A stretch of DNA of 64,000 nt from Escherichia coli. Lineage in GTDB: Bacteria; Pseudomonadota; Gammaproteobacteria; Enterobacterales; Enterobacteriaceae. The stretch lies in assembly GCF_003334305.1 (NCBI RefSeq), contig NZ_QOWS01000011.1; one strand, given 5' to 3'. Position 1 is the stretch's first letter. Each line of letters begins with the position of its first letter. The translations under genes were made by a program, and so were the position numbers. Below are positions 41,160 through 56,629 of the stretch, one piece after another. Under the pieces are notes generated by a model. The model saw nothing but the letters and a program-made list of their open reading frames with translations. It was not told the origin of the DNA and made no database searches.

Positions 41160-41218
41160 CTGATACGGTGAGGCGCAACATTCCAGCAGCGGTAACGACG
41201 TACCGCTGCTTTTTTTTG
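41124..41218 (+). ncRNA. motR: candidate MotR sRNA (motA 5' UTR-derived, sigma28-dependent)
   Basis: Predicted TSS just downstream of the sigma28 -10 at 41109-41116; 3' end at the strong terminator 41187-41218; exact 5' end is inferred. Confidence 0.4.
41187..41218 (+). terminator. rho-independent terminator between flhC and motA
   Basis: GCAGCGGTA-ACGACG-TACCGCTGC followed by T8. Confidence 0.8.
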
Positions 41219-41285
41219 CCCCAATCGCGCGTTAACGCCTGACGACTGAACATCCTGTCATGGTCAACAGTGGAAGGATGATGTC

Positions 41286-42169
41286 GTGCTTATCTTATTA
41301 GGTTACCTGGTTGTTCTCGGTACAGTTTTCGGCGGTTATTTGATGACCGGTGGAAGCCTTGGAGCACTCTATCAACCCGCTGAACTGGTGATTATTGCCG
41401 GTGCAGGGATTGGGTCGTTTATCGTCGGCAATAATGGCAAAGCGATTAAAGGCACGCTGAAGGCGCTGCCGTTGCTGTTTCGTCGCTCCAAATACACCAA
41501 AGCAATGTATATGGATCTGCTGGCTCTGCTTTATCGGTTGATGGCGAAATCGCGGCAGATGGGGATGTTTTCGCTGGAACGTGATATTGAAAATCCCCGT
41601 GAGAGCGAGATCTTCGCCAGCTACCCACGCATCCTCGCGGATAGCGTCATGCTTGATTTTATCGTCGATTATCTGCGTCTGATTATCAGCGGTCATATGA
41701 ACACCTTCGAAATCGAAGCCCTGATGGATGAAGAGATTGAGACGCACGAAAGCGAGGCAGAAGTCCCGGCGAACAGTCTGGCGCTGGTCGGGGACTCACT
41801 TCCGGCGTTTGGTATTGTCGCGGCTGTAATGGGGGTCGTTCACGCGTTAGGTTCAGCCGATCGTCCTGCCGCCGAGCTGGGTGCGCTTATCGCACATGCG
41901 ATGGTGGGGACTTTCCTCGGCATTTTATTGGCTTACGGATTTATTTCCCCATTAGCGAGTGTTTTACGTCAGAAAAGCGCCGAAACCAGCAAAATGATGC
42001 AGTGCGTCAAAGTCACTCTGCTTTCTAATCTGAACGGTTACGCACCGCCTATCGCCGTTGAGTTTGGTCGCAAAACGCTCTATTCCAGCGAACGTCCGTC
42101 GTTTATTGAACTGGAAGAGCATGTGCGTGCGGTGAAAAATCCGCAACAACAGACGACAACCGAGGAAGC

Positions 42170-42173
<4 letters not shown>
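41286..42173 (+). CDS. motA: flagellar stator protein MotA (295 aa, GTG start)
   Basis: Translation [31 protein letters not shown]...; 4 nt overlap with motB. Confidence 0.9.
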
Positions 42174-45065
<2,892 letters not shown>

Positions 45066-45085
45066 ATGAGTAAAAAGGTAACAAT

Positions 45086-45589
45086 ATGACCGGTATGACG
45101 AATGTAACAAAGCTGGCCAGCGAGCCGTCAGGCCAGGAATTTCTGGTATTTACCCTTGGTGATGAAGAGTACGGTATTGATATCCTGAAAGTGCAGGAGA
45201 TCCGTGGCTACGATCAGGTAACACGGATTGCGAACACGCCAGCGTTTATCAAAGGCGTCACGAATCTGCGCGGGGTTATTGTGCCGATTGTTGACTTACG
45301 AATTAAGTTCAGCCAGGTGGATGTGGACTATAACGACAACACGGTAGTTATCGTCCTGAATCTCGGACAGCGGGTGGTCGGCATCGTGGTTGACGGCGTC
45401 TCAGACGTGCTTTCATTGACGGCGGAGCAAATTCGTCCGGCACCGGAATTTGCCGTGACGCTTTCAACAGAATATCTCACTGGACTGGGCGCACTGGGCG
45501 ACCGGATGTTGATTCTGGTGAACATCGAAAAACTGCTGAACAGCGAAGAGATGGCGCTGTTAGATAGCGCGGCGTCAGAAGTGGCGTAA
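45086..45589 (+). CDS. cheW: chemotaxis coupling protein CheW (167 aa)
   Basis: ORF translation [42 protein letters not shown]... Confidence 0.9.
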
Positions 45590-45615
45590 TTCTCCCGATT
45601 TCCTCAATTGAAATG

Positions 45616-45646
45616 AACCCGATGATCTGCGCATCGGGTTTTTTAT
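45616..45646 (+). terminator. rho-independent terminator after cheW
   Basis: AACCCGATG-ATCTGCG-CATCGGGTT followed by a T-run. Confidence 0.75.
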
Positions 45647-45675
45647 TTCAATTTCGCGGCGGGTGGCATCAGCAA

Positions 45676-45702
45676 TAAAGTTTCCCCCCTCCTTGCCGAT
45701 AA
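45676..45702 (+). promoter_or_regulatory. sigma28 promoter of tar-tap-cheRBYZ
   Basis: TAAAGTTT-N11-GCCGATAA, a perfect consensus match, about 30 nt upstream of the tar ATG. Confidence 0.85.
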
Positions 45703-45733
45703 CGAGATCAACTTGTTTTCAGGAAGGTGCCTT

Positions 45734-47395
45734 ATGATTAACCGTATCCGCGTAGTCACGCTGTTGGTAATGGTGCTGGGGGTATTCGCACTGTTACAGC
45801 TTATTTCCGGCAGTCTGTTTTTTTCTTCCCTTCACCATAGCCAGAAGAGCTTTGTGGTTTCCAATCAATTACGGGAACAGCAGGGCGAGCTGACGTCAAC
45901 CTGGGATTTAATGCTGCAAACGCGCATTAACCTGAGTCGTTCAGCGGTACGGATGATGATGGATTCCTCCAATCAACAAAGTAACGCCAAAGTTGAATTG
46001 CTCGATAGCGCCAGGAAAACATTGGCGCAGGCAGCGACGCATTATAAAAAATTCAAAAGCATGGCACCGTTACCTGAAATGGTCGCTACCAGTCGTAATA
46101 TTGATGAAAAATATAAAAACTATTACACAGCGTTAACTGAACTGATTGATTATCTAGATTATGGCAATACTGGAGCTTATTTCGCTCAGCCAACCCAGGG
46201 AATGCAAAATGCAATGGGCGAAGCGTTTGCTCAGTACGCCCTCAGCAGTGAAAAACTGTATCGCGATATCGTCACTGACAACGCAGATGATTACCGATTT
46301 GCCCAGTGGCAACTGGCGGTTATCGCGCTGGTGGTGGTATTGATTCTGCTGGTGGCGTGGTACGGCATTCGCCGTATGTTGCTTACTCCGCTGGCAAAAA
46401 TTATTGCTCACATTCGCGAAATCGCCGGTGGTAACCTGGCGAATACCCTGACCATTGACGGGCGCAGTGAAATGGGCGACCTGGCGCAGAGCGTTTCACA
46501 TATGCAACGCTCTTTGACTGACACCGTCACTCATGTCCGCGAAGGTTCAGATGCCATCTATGCCGGTACCCGTGAAATTGCGGCGGGCAACACCGATCTT
46601 TCCTCCCGTACTGAACAGCAGGCATCCGCGCTGGAAGAAACTGCCGCCAGCATGGAGCAGCTCACCGCGACAGTGAAGCAAAACGCCGATAACGCCCGCC
46701 AGGCCTCGCAACTGGCGCAAAGTGCCTCCGACACCGCCCAGCACGGCGGCAAAGTGGTGGATGGCGTAGTGAAAACGATGCATGAGATCGCCGATAGTTC
46801 GAAGAAAATTGCCGACATTATCAGCGTTATCGACGGTATTGCCTTCCAGACTAATATCCTCGCGCTGAATGCCGCGGTTGAAGCCGCGCGTGCGGGTGAA
46901 CAGGGCCGTGGTTTTGCCGTGGTGGCGGGTGAAGTGCGTAATCTTGCCAGTCGTAGCGCCCAGGCGGCAAAAGAGATCAAAGCCCTCATTGAAGACTCCG
47001 TCTCACGCGTTGATACCGGTTCGGTGCTGGTCGAAAGCGCCGGGGAAACAATGAACAATATCGTCAATGCTGTCACTCGCGTGACTGACATTATGGGCGA
47101 GATTGCATCGGCATCGGATGAACAGAGCCGTGGCATCGATCAAGTCGCATTGGCGGTTTCGGAAATGGATCGCGTCACGCAACAGAACGCATCGCTGGTG
47201 CAGGAATCAGCTGCCGCCGCCGCTGCGCTGGAAGAACAGGCGAGTCGTTTAACGCAAGCGGTTTCCGCGTTCCGTCTGGCAGCCAGCCCACTCACCAATA
47301 AACCGCAAACACCATCCCGTCCTGCCAGTGAGCAACCACCGGCACAGCCACGACTGCGAATTGCTGAACAAGATCCAAACTGGGAAACATTTTGA
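45734..47395 (+). CDS. tar: methyl-accepting chemotaxis protein Tar (553 aa), ends with the NWETF pentapeptide
   Basis: Two TM segments, HAMP, methylation sites and signalling domain; C-terminus ...DPNWETF (47378-47392). Confidence 0.9.
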   Translation: MINRIRVVTLLVMVLGVFALLQLISGSLFFSSLHHSQKSFVVSNQLREQQGELTSTWDLMLQTRINLSRSAVRMMMDSSNQQSNAKVELLDSARKTLAQAATHYKKFKSMAPLPEMVATSRNIDEKYKNYYTALTELIDYLDYGNTGAYFAQPTQGMQNAMGEAFAQYALSSEKLYRDIVTDNADDYRFAQWQLAVIALVVVLILLVAWYGIRRMLLTPLAKIIAHIREIAGGNLANTLTIDGRSEMGDLAQSVSHMQRSLTDTVTHVREGSDAIYAGTREIAAGNTDLSSRTEQQASALEETAASMEQLTATVKQNADNARQASQLAQSASDTAQHGGKVVDGVVKTMHEIADSSKKIADIISVIDGIAFQTNILALNAAVEAARAGEQGRGFAVVAGEVRNLASRSAQAAKEIKALIEDSVSRVDTGSVLVESAGETMNNIVNAVTRVTDIMGEIASASDEQSRGIDQVALAVSEMDRVTQQNASLVQESAAAAAALEEQASRLTQAVSAFRLAASPLTNKPQTPSRPASEQPPAQPRLRIAEQDPNWETF

Positions 47396-47440
47396 CGAGT
47401 ATTTACTAACGCGGTCATTGCCGCCTGATGGGGAGCGTTG

Positions 47441-49042
47441 ATGTTTAATCGTATTCGAATTTCGACCACGCTGTTTTTAATTTTGATTCTCTGCGGGATC
47501 TTGCAGATTGGCAGTAACGGCATGTCTTTTTGGGCATTTCGCGACGATTTGCAACGACTGAATCAGGTCGAGCAGAGCAATCAGCAACGTGCGGCATTAG
47601 CGCAAACTCGGGCGGTAATGTTACAGGCCAGTACCGCGCTGAACAAAGCGGGCACTCTGACGGCGCTTAGCTATCCGGCGGATGACATTAAAACGTTGAT
47701 GACGACGGCGCGCGCCAGTCTGACGCAATCCACCACGCTGTTTAAAAGTTTTATGGCGATGACTGCGGGCAACGAGCACGTCAGGGCGTTGCAAAAAGAG
47801 ACGGAGAAAAGTTTTGCCCGCTGGCACAACGATCTCGAACATCAGGCGACCTGGCTTGAAAGTAATCAACTTTCGGATTTCCTCACTGCGCCGGTGCAGG
47901 AATCACAGAATGCGTTTGACGTTAACTTTGAGGCCTGGCAGCTGGAGATCAACCATGTGCTGGAAGCCGCCAGTGCGCAAAGCCAGCGTAACTATCAGAT
48001 TTCGGCGCTGGTGTTTATCAGCATGATTATTGTTGCGGCGATCTACATCAGCAGTGCGCTGTGGTGGACGCGCAAGATGATTGTTCAACCACTGGCCATT
48101 ATCGGTAGCCATTTTGACAGCATTGCTGCGGGTAATCTGGCGCGTCCGATTGCGGTATATGGTCGTAATGAGATCACCGCCATTTTTGCCAGCCTGAAGA
48201 CCATGCAGCAGGCTTTGCGTGGGACGGTGAGTGATGTGCGTAAGGGAAGCCAGGAGATGCACATTGGTATCGCGGAGATTGTCGCAGGCAATAACGATCT
48301 CTCAAGTCGTACCGAACAGCAGGCGGCATCGCTGGCACAAACGGCCGCCAGTATGGAGCAATTAACCGCCACGGTAGGGCAAAACGCCGATAACGCACGA
48401 CAGGCGTCGGAACTGGCAAAAAATGCCGCGACAACGGCGCAGGCGGGCGGTGTTCAGGTCAGTACCATGACTCACACCATGCAGGAGATCGCCACCAGCT
48501 CGCAAAAAATTGGCGACATTATCAGCGTTATCGACGGAATTGCTTTCCAGACCAATATTCTGGCCCTGAATGCGGCAGTGGAAGCGGCTCGCGCCGGAGA
48601 GCAGGGGCGTGGTTTTGCGGTAGTGGCAGGTGAAGTACGCAATCTTGCCAGCCGTAGCGCGCAGGCAGCAAAAGAGATCAAAGGGCTGATCGAAGAGTCA
48701 GTCAATCGTGTCCAGCAGGGTTCGAAACTGGTGAATAACGCCGCCGCGACCATGATCGATATTGTCAGTTCGGTGACCCGCGTGAACGACATTATGGGAG
48801 AAATTGCCTCTGCGTCGGAAGAACAACAGCGGGGGATTGAGCAGGTTGCACAGGCTGTCAGCCAGATGGATCAGGTGACTCAGCAGAACGCCTCGCTGGT
48901 AGAAGAAGCGGCGGTGGCAACGGAACAACTGGCGAATCAGGCCGACCATCTTTCGTCGCGTGTGGCGGTATTTACCCTTGAAGAACATGAAGTAGCACGA
49001 CATGAGTCGGCGCAGTTACAAATTGCGCCAGTGGTATCCTGA
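47441..49042 (+). CDS. tap: methyl-accepting chemotaxis protein Tap (533 aa), no C-terminal NWETF
   Basis: Paralogous to Tar with a near-identical signalling domain; ends ...LQIAPVVS. Confidence 0.9.
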   Translation: MFNRIRISTTLFLILILCGILQIGSNGMSFWAFRDDLQRLNQVEQSNQQRAALAQTRAVMLQASTALNKAGTLTALSYPADDIKTLMTTARASLTQSTTLFKSFMAMTAGNEHVRALQKETEKSFARWHNDLEHQATWLESNQLSDFLTAPVQESQNAFDVNFEAWQLEINHVLEAASAQSQRNYQISALVFISMIIVAAIYISSALWWTRKMIVQPLAIIGSHFDSIAAGNLARPIAVYGRNEITAIFASLKTMQQALRGTVSDVRKGSQEMHIGIAEIVAGNNDLSSRTEQQAASLAQTAASMEQLTATVGQNADNARQASELAKNAATTAQAGGVQVSTMTHTMQEIATSSQKIGDIISVIDGIAFQTNILALNAAVEAARAGEQGRGFAVVAGEVRNLASRSAQAAKEIKGLIEESVNRVQQGSKLVNNAAATMIDIVSSVTRVNDIMGEIASASEEQQRGIEQVAQAVSQMDQVTQQNASLVEEAAVATEQLANQADHLSSRVAVFTLEEHEVARHESAQLQIAPVVS

Positions 49043-49060
49043 AGTGATTGAGAAGGCGCT

Positions 49061-49921
49061 ATGACTTCATCTCTGCCCTGTGGGCAAACGTCTTTATTGT
49101 TACAGATGACCGAGCGCCTGGCGCTTTCCGACGCGCATTTTCGGCGGATAAGTCAATTGATCTATCAACGAGCCGGGATCGTTCTGGCTGACCATAAACG
49201 CGACATGGTTTACAACCGACTGGTTCGTCGTTTGCGTTCGCTGGGACTGACGGATTTCGGTCATTATCTGAACTTGCTGGAATCTAATCAGCACAGCGGT
49301 GAGTGGCAGGCGTTTATCAATTCGCTGACCACGAATCTGACGGCATTTTTCCGTGAGGCACACCATTTCCCTCTGCTCGCGGATCACGCACGTCGCCGTT
49401 CTGGCGAGTATCGCGTATGGAGCGCGGCGGCTTCGACCGGCGAAGAGCCGTACAGCATTGCGATGACGCTGGCTGACACATTGGGCACCGCGCCCGGACG
49501 CTGGAAAGTGTTTGCCAGTGATATCGACACCGAAGTGCTGGAAAAAGCCAGAAGCGGTATTTATCGCCATGAAGAGTTGAAAAACCTGACGCCGCAGCAA
49601 CTGCAACGGTATTTCATGCGAGGGACGGGACCGCATGAAGGGCTGGTACGCGTGCGTCAGGAGCTGGCGAACTATGTTGATTTTGCCCCGCTGAATCTAC
49701 TGGCGAAACAGTACACCGTGCCGGGGCCGTTTGATGCGATCTTCTGTCGTAACGTCATGATCTACTTCGATCAAAATACCCAGCAGGAGATTTTGCGCCG
49801 CTTTGTTCCGCTCCTTAAACCCGACGGATTGCTGTTTGCGGGTCACTCTGAAAACTTTAGCCACCTTGAGCGCCGCTTCACGCTGCGTGGTCAGACGGTG
49901 TATGCGCTAAGTAAGGATTAA
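49061..49921 (+). CDS. cheR: chemotaxis methyltransferase CheR (286 aa)
   Basis: SAM-dependent MCP methyltransferase in ORF translation. Confidence 0.9.
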   Translation: MTSSLPCGQTSLLLQMTERLALSDAHFRRISQLIYQRAGIVLADHKRDMVYNRLVRRLRSLGLTDFGHYLNLLESNQHSGEWQAFINSLTTNLTAFFREAHHFPLLADHARRRSGEYRVWSAAASTGEEPYSIAMTLADTLGTAPGRWKVFASDIDTEVLEKARSGIYRHEELKNLTPQQLQRYFMRGTGPHEGLVRVRQELANYVDFAPLNLLAKQYTVPGPFDAIFCRNVMIYFDQNTQQEILRRFVPLLKPDGLLFAGHSENFSHLERRFTLRGQTVYALSKD

Positions 49922-49923
49922 CG

Positions 49924-51377
<1,454 letters not shown>

Positions 51378-51387
51378 GGATGCGACT

Positions 51388-52032
51388 ATGATGCAACCAT
51401 CAATCAAACCTGCTGACGAGCATTCAGCTGGCGATATCATTGCGCGCATCGGCAGCCTGACGCGTATGCTGCGCGACAGTTTGCGGGAACTGGGGCTGGA
51501 TCAGGCCATTGCCGAAGCGGCGGAAGCCATCCCCGATGCGCGCGATCGTTTGTACTATGTTGTGCAGATGACCGCCCAGGCTGCGGAGCGGGCGCTGAAC
51601 AGTGTTGAGGCGTCACAACCGCATCAGGATCAAATGGAGAAATCAGCAAAAGCGTTAACCCAACGTTGGGATGACTGGTTTGCCGATCCGATTGACCTTG
51701 CCGACGCCCGTGAACTGGTAACAGATACACGACAATTTCTGGCAGATGTACCCGCGCATACCAGCTTTACTAACGCGCAACTGCTGGAAATCATGATGGC
51801 GCAGGATTTTCAGGATCTCACCGGGCAGGTCATTAAGCGGATGATGGATGTCATTCAGGAGATCGAACGCCAGTTGCTGATGGTGCTGTTGGAAAACATC
51901 CCGGAACAGGAGTCGCGTCCAAAACGTGAAAACCAGAGTTTGCTTAATGGACCTCAGGTCGATACCAGCAAAGCCGGCGTGGTAGCCAGTCAGGATCAGG
52001 TGGACGATTTGTTGGATAGTCTTGGATTTTGA
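51388..52032 (+). CDS. cheZ: CheY-P phosphatase CheZ (214 aa)
   Basis: Translation [28 protein letters not shown]...; longest ORF starts 51358, inside cheY. Confidence 0.9.
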
Positions 52033-52040
52033 TTTGTATT

Positions 52041-52106
52041 GCCTGATGTGGCGTGACCACGTCATATCAGGCGGTCTGATAAGGCGATGACGCCGCATCC
52101 GACAAA
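52041..52106. repeat. REP (repetitive extragenic palindromic) units between cheZ and flhB
   Basis: GCCTGATGTGGCGTGACCACGTCATATCAGGC and GATAAGGCGATGACGCCGCATCCGACA resemble the GCC(G/T)GATGCG...CGCTTATC(C/A)GGCCTAC family. Confidence 0.5.
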
Positions 52107-52233
52107 CGCACACTATGCTTGATGTGTGGCAGCAAAAGCCCTAAATCCCGCCTGTTTTGCCCCTTACTCAAACCATTGAACGCTTTGCGCTCTGGCATCA
52201 TTCACGCTTAATACTCTTTCCAGGATTGGCGAC

Positions 52234-53382
52234 GTGTCTGACGAGAGCGACGACAAAACAGAAGCCCCCACACCTCACCGACTAGAAAAAGCGCGGGAAG
52301 AGGGGCAAATCCCGCGTTCCCGTGAACTGACCTCACTGCTGATTTTGCTGGTGGGCGTTAGTGTTATCTGGTTTGGCGGTGTGTCGCTGGCCCGTCGATT
52401 GTCGGGCATGCTCTCCGCTGGGCTGCATTTTGATCACAGTATTATCAATGACCCGAATCTGATCCTCGGGCAGATTATTCTGCTGATCAGAGAAGCCATG
52501 CTGGCGCTGCTGCCGCTGATTAGCGGCGTGGTACTGGTGGCGCTCATTTCTCCGGTCATGCTGGGAGGGCTGGTATTTAGCGGCAAATCCTTGCAGCCGA
52601 AGTTTTCCAAACTCAACCCGCTACCGGGCATTAAACGGATGTTCTCGGCACAGACTGGCGCGGAGTTGCTTAAGGCAATTTTGAAAACCATCCTGGTTGG
52701 CAGCGTGACGGGGTTTTATCTCTGGCATCACTGGCCGCAGATGATGCGCTTAATGGCCGAGTCTCCGACTACCGCCATGGGTAATGCGATGGATCTGGTT
52801 GGGCTATGCGCACTGCTGGTGGTGCTTGGTGTCATTCCAATGGTGGGATTTGACGTCTTTTTACAAATCTTCAGCCACCTGAAAAAGCTGCGTATGTCGC
52901 GGCAGGATATTCGTGATGAGTTCAAACAAAGCGAAGGTGACCCTCATGTTAAAGGGCGGATCCGTCAGATGCAGCGAGCTGCTGCACGGCGTCGGATGAT
53001 GGCCGATGTGCCGAAAGCGGATGTCATTGTCAATAACCCGACCCACTATTCGGTAGCGTTGCAGTATGACGAAAACAAAATGAGCGCACCGAAAGTGGTC
53101 GCTAAAGGTGCAGGGCTGGTCGCGCTGCGCATTCGTGAAATTGGCGCTGAAAATAACGTCCCGACGCTTGAAGCGCCGCCGCTGGCGCGAGCGCTGTATC
53201 GACATGCGGAGATTGGTCAACAAATCCCGGGTCAACTGTACGCCGCGGTGGCGGAAGTGCTGGCCTGGGTCTGGCAACTGAAACGCTGGCGTCTGGCTGG
53301 TGGACAGCGCCCTGTACAACCTACTCATCTTCCGGTGCCGGAAGCCCTGGATTTTATTAACGAGAAACCGACCCATGAGTAA
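52234..53382 (+). CDS. flhB: flagellar export apparatus protein FlhB (382 aa, GTG start)
   Basis: ORF translation with NPTH autocleavage motif (…VIVNNPTHYSVAL…). Confidence 0.9.
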   Translation: MSDESDDKTEAPTPHRLEKAREEGQIPRSRELTSLLILLVGVSVIWFGGVSLARRLSGMLSAGLHFDHSIINDPNLILGQIILLIREAMLALLPLISGVVLVALISPVMLGGLVFSGKSLQPKFSKLNPLPGIKRMFSAQTGAELLKAILKTILVGSVTGFYLWHHWPQMMRLMAESPTTAMGNAMDLVGLCALLVVLGVIPMVGFDVFLQIFSHLKKLRMSRQDIRDEFKQSEGDPHVKGRIRQMQRAAARRRMMADVPKADVIVNNPTHYSVALQYDENKMSAPKVVAKGAGLVALRIREIGAENNVPTLEAPPLARALYRHAEIGQQIPGQLYAAVAEVLAWVWQLKRWRLAGGQRPVQPTHLPVPEALDFINEKPTHE

Positions 53383-55453
53383 TCTGGCCGCGATGCTGCG
53401 CCTGCCCGCAAACCTGAAATCGACACAATGGCAGATCCTTGCCGGACCGATTTTGATCCTGTTGATCTTGTCGATGATGGTGCTGCCACTGCCCGCATTC
53501 ATACTCGACCTGTTGTTTACCTTCAATATTGCCTTGTCGATCATGGTGTTGCTGGTGGCGATGTTTACCCAGCGCACGCTTGAGTTTGCTGCGTTTCCGA
53601 CCATTCTGTTGTTTACTACGTTGTTGCGTCTGGCACTTAACGTGGCTTCAACCCGTATCATTTTGATGGAAGGGCATACCGGCGCGGCGGCGGCTGGGAA
53701 GGTGGTCGAAGCATTCGGTCACTTCCTCGTTGGTGGCAATTTCGCTATCGGTATCGTGGTGTTTGTCATTCTCGTGATCATCAACTTTATGGTCATTACC
53801 AAAGGTGCCGGGCGTATCGCAGAAGTGGGTGCGCGCTTTGTTCTCGATGGTATGCCGGGTAAGCAGATGGCGATTGACGCCGACCTTAACGCTGGATTGA
53901 TTGGTGAAGATGAGGCGAAAAAACGCCGCTCCGAAGTGACTCAGGAAGCCGATTTTTACGGCTCAATGGACGGGGCAAGTAAGTTTGTTCGCGGCGATGC
54001 CATCGCCGGGATCCTCATCATGGTCATTAACGTTGTCGGCGGGTTGCTGGTCGGCGTGCTGCAACATGGCATGAGCATGGGACACGCGGCGGAAAGTTAT
54101 ACGCTATTGACCATTGGCGACGGTCTGGTGGCACAAATTCCAGCGCTGGTGATTTCTACCGCCGCGGGGGTCATCGTTACGCGTGTCAGCACCGATCAGG
54201 ATGTTGGCGAGCAGATGGTGAATCAGCTTTTCAGTAACCCAAGCGTTATGTTGTTAAGCGCCGCCGTGCTCGGTTTACTCGGCCTGGTGCCTGGAATGCC
54301 GAACCTGGTATTTTTGCTGTTCACTGCCGGATTGCTGGGGCTGGCCTGGTGGATACGCGGACGCGAACAAAAAGCGCCTGCCGAACCCAAACCGGTAAAA
54401 ATGGCAGAGAATAATACCGTTGTCGAAGCGACGTGGAACGATGTACAACTGGAAGATTCTCTGGGAATGGAAGTGGGTTATCGACTGATCCCGATGGTCG
54501 ATTTCCAGCAGGATGGTGAGTTGTTGGGCCGTATACGCAGTATCCGCAAGAAATTTGCCCAGGAGATGGGATTTCTGCCGCCAGTGGTGCACATTCGCGA
54601 CAATATGGATCTGCAACCTGCCCGCTATCGCATTTTGATGAAAGGCGTGGAGATTGGCAGTGGTGATGCTTATCCGGGGCGCTGGCTGGCGATTAACCCT
54701 GGAACCGCTGCCGGGACGTTACCTGGTGAGGCGACCGTCGATCCGGCATTTGGCCTGAATGCTATCTGGATTGAAAGTGCGCTAAAAGAACAGGCGCAGA
54801 TTCAGGGGTACACAGTGGTTGAGGCCAGCACGGTGGTAGCAACGCATCTTAACCACCTCATTAGCCAGCATGCCGCAGAGCTGTTTGGTCGTCAGGAGGC
54901 GCAACAGCTGTTGGATCGCGTCGCCCAGGAGATGCCAAAGCTGACGGAAGATCTCGTTCCTGGCGTCGTCACGCTCACCACACTGCATAAAGTGCTGCAA
55001 AATCTCCTCGATGAAAAAGTACCGATTCGCGATATGCGCACCATTCTCGAAACGCTGGCGGAACATGCGCCCATCCAAAGCGATCCACATGAATTAACCG
55101 CCGTCGTGCGCGTGGCGTTGGGACGGGCGATTACCCAGCAGTGGTTTCCTGGCAAAGATGAAGTCCATGTTATTGGCCTCGATACACCGCTGGAACGTTT
55201 GTTACTACAGGCGCTGCAGGGCGGGGGAGGACTGGAGCCAGGGCTGGCGGATCGTTTACTGGCGCAAACTCAGGAAGCGCTATCCCGTCAGGAGATGCTG
55301 GGTGCGCCGCCAGTATTGTTGGTGAACCACGCGCTGCGACCATTATTGTCTCGCTTCCTGCGCCGCAGCTTGCCGCAGTTAGTGGTCCTGTCGAATCTGG
55401 AACTGTCTGATAACCGACATATCCGCATGACGGCGACAATTGGCGGCAAATAA
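53375..55453 (+). CDS. flhA: flagellar export apparatus protein FlhA (692 aa)
   Basis: ATG at 53375 gives MSNLAAMLRLPANLKSTQWQILAGPILILL...; overlaps flhB stop by 8 nt. Confidence 0.9.
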   Translation: MSNLAAMLRLPANLKSTQWQILAGPILILLILSMMVLPLPAFILDLLFTFNIALSIMVLLVAMFTQRTLEFAAFPTILLFTTLLRLALNVASTRIILMEGHTGAAAAGKVVEAFGHFLVGGNFAIGIVVFVILVIINFMVITKGAGRIAEVGARFVLDGMPGKQMAIDADLNAGLIGEDEAKKRRSEVTQEADFYGSMDGASKFVRGDAIAGILIMVINVVGGLLVGVLQHGMSMGHAAESYTLLTIGDGLVAQIPALVISTAAGVIVTRVSTDQDVGEQMVNQLFSNPSVMLLSAAVLGLLGLVPGMPNLVFLLFTAGLLGLAWWIRGREQKAPAEPKPVKMAENNTVVEATWNDVQLEDSLGMEVGYRLIPMVDFQQDGELLGRIRSIRKKFAQEMGFLPPVVHIRDNMDLQPARYRILMKGVEIGSGDAYPGRWLAINPGTAAGTLPGEATVDPAFGLNAIWIESALKEQAQIQGYTVVEASTVVATHLNHLISQHAAELFGRQEAQQLLDRVAQEMPKLTEDLVPGVVTLTTLHKVLQNLLDEKVPIRDMRTILETLAEHAPIQSDPHELTAVVRVALGRAITQQWFPGKDEVHVIGLDTPLERLLLQALQGGGGLEPGLADRLLAQTQEALSRQEMLGAPPVLLVNHALRPLLSRFLRRSLPQLVVLSNLELSDNRHIRMTATIGGK

Positions 55454-55845
55454 TGAGAACCTTATTAGCAATATTATTGTTTCCGCTGCTGGTGCAAGCC
55501 GCCGGGGAGGGGATGTGGCAGGCAAGTAGTGTAGGAATTACGCTAAATCATCGCGGTGAGTCGATGTCGTCTGCGCCTCTTTCTACGCGACAACCTGCTT
55601 CAGGATTGATGACGCTGGTAGCGTGGCGTTATCAGCTTATCGGCCCGACACCTTCAGGACTGCGGGTTCGCTTGTGTTCGCAATCTCGTTGTGTCGAATT
55701 AGAGGGGCAGAGCGGAACCACCGTGGCCTTTTCCGGTATAGCGGCAGCAGAACCGTTGCGATTTATCTGGGAAGTGCCAGGCGGTGGGCGGTTAATTCCA
55801 CCGCTAAAGGTACAACGTAATGAAGTGATTGTGAATTATCGCTGA
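55453..55845 (+). CDS. flhE: flagellar protein FlhE (130 aa, signal peptide)
   Basis: TAATG overlap with flhA; translation MRTLLAILLFPLLVQAAGEG... Confidence 0.85.
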   Translation: MRTLLAILLFPLLVQAAGEGMWQASSVGITLNHRGESMSSAPLSTRQPASGLMTLVAWRYQLIGPTPSGLRVRLCSQSRCVELEGQSGTTVAFSGIAAAEPLRFIWEVPGGGRLIPPLKVQRNEVIVNYR

Positions 55846-55964
55846 AGGACAAAAAAATTACGCGCTCGCGAGTATGTTTAATAACTCAGTGAAAAAGGCT
55901 CGATGTCTTGTTGCAATTATTTATCAGGAATAGCTTGCAACAAAACATGCCAAAAAGATGTGAA

Positions 55965-56474
55965 TTATCCTCTTGTCAAAGGGCTTGGATAAAAATCTTC
56001 AGAGTTACGGTATAGCTGCAACTGGCGAGTTCGCGTATTGGTCTGTATGATCATACATGAGAGCCATTCTGATTCAGAATAAGGGTCACTTAAATCCTGA
56101 ACGTCCTCATTTGAAAGGATTAATTCACATTCTTTGTCCCTAAAATCCAGCCAGGCTCGCTGTGATTTTTTAAGCAAGTTAAGTTGTTCGGTATCAGGTT
56201 TTTTTACACCTGTGCGTGGCACTTGTTCTATATAACGATAAGCTTCACCATAGGCTTTATTTAATTGCGCATCGACGAGATTGTATTCTTGTCGCAGGCA
56301 TGATTTGATCACGTTAATGTCAGTATCATCATCTGAATTTTTTTGCCAACAATCTTTGATGGCTGAAATGTCATGGTCGTTTACTATAACCGTATCTTCT
56401 GCGTAAGCCTGGCAAGAGATAATGCCTAATGTTAATACAAGAAATTTAAACACTGCGGTATTCCTTAAATTCAA
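55965..56474 (-). CDS. yecT: secreted protein of unknown function YecT (169 aa ORF)
   Basis: N-terminal signal peptide MNLRNTAVFKFLVLTLGIISCQAYA; position between flhE and argS. Confidence 0.65.
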   Translation of the reverse strand: MNLRNTAVFKFLVLTLGIISCQAYAEDTVIVNDHDISAIKDCWQKNSDDDTDINVIKSCLRQEYNLVDAQLNKAYGEAYRYIEQVPRTGVKKPDTEQLNLLKKSQRAWLDFRDKECELILSNEDVQDLSDPYSESEWLSCMIIQTNTRTRQLQLYRNSEDFYPSPLTRG

Positions 56475-56573
56475 CCGTTATCGTTTCCCTGGGGCCGGAT
56501 ATTACGCTTCTGGCCTCTTATCCAACAGTCAGAAAACAATGGCATGTCCACTTTCAGAATACATTTAGATGGC

Positions 56574-56609
56574 AATAAAAAAGCCTGATCAGGTAACCCT
56601 GATCAGGCT
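56574..56609 (-). terminator. rho-independent terminator after argS
   Basis: 12 bp stem AGCCTGATCAGG / CCTGATCAGGCT followed on the minus strand by a U-run. Confidence 0.7.
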
Positions 56610-56629
56610 TTACTCTCACGAAAAATCGA

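Noticed and set aside
46558-47136. 192-codon minus-strand ORF, with similar ones at 48085-48792
   Set aside because: Antisense to the conserved signalling domains of tar and tap; Ala/Ser-rich shadow ORFs.
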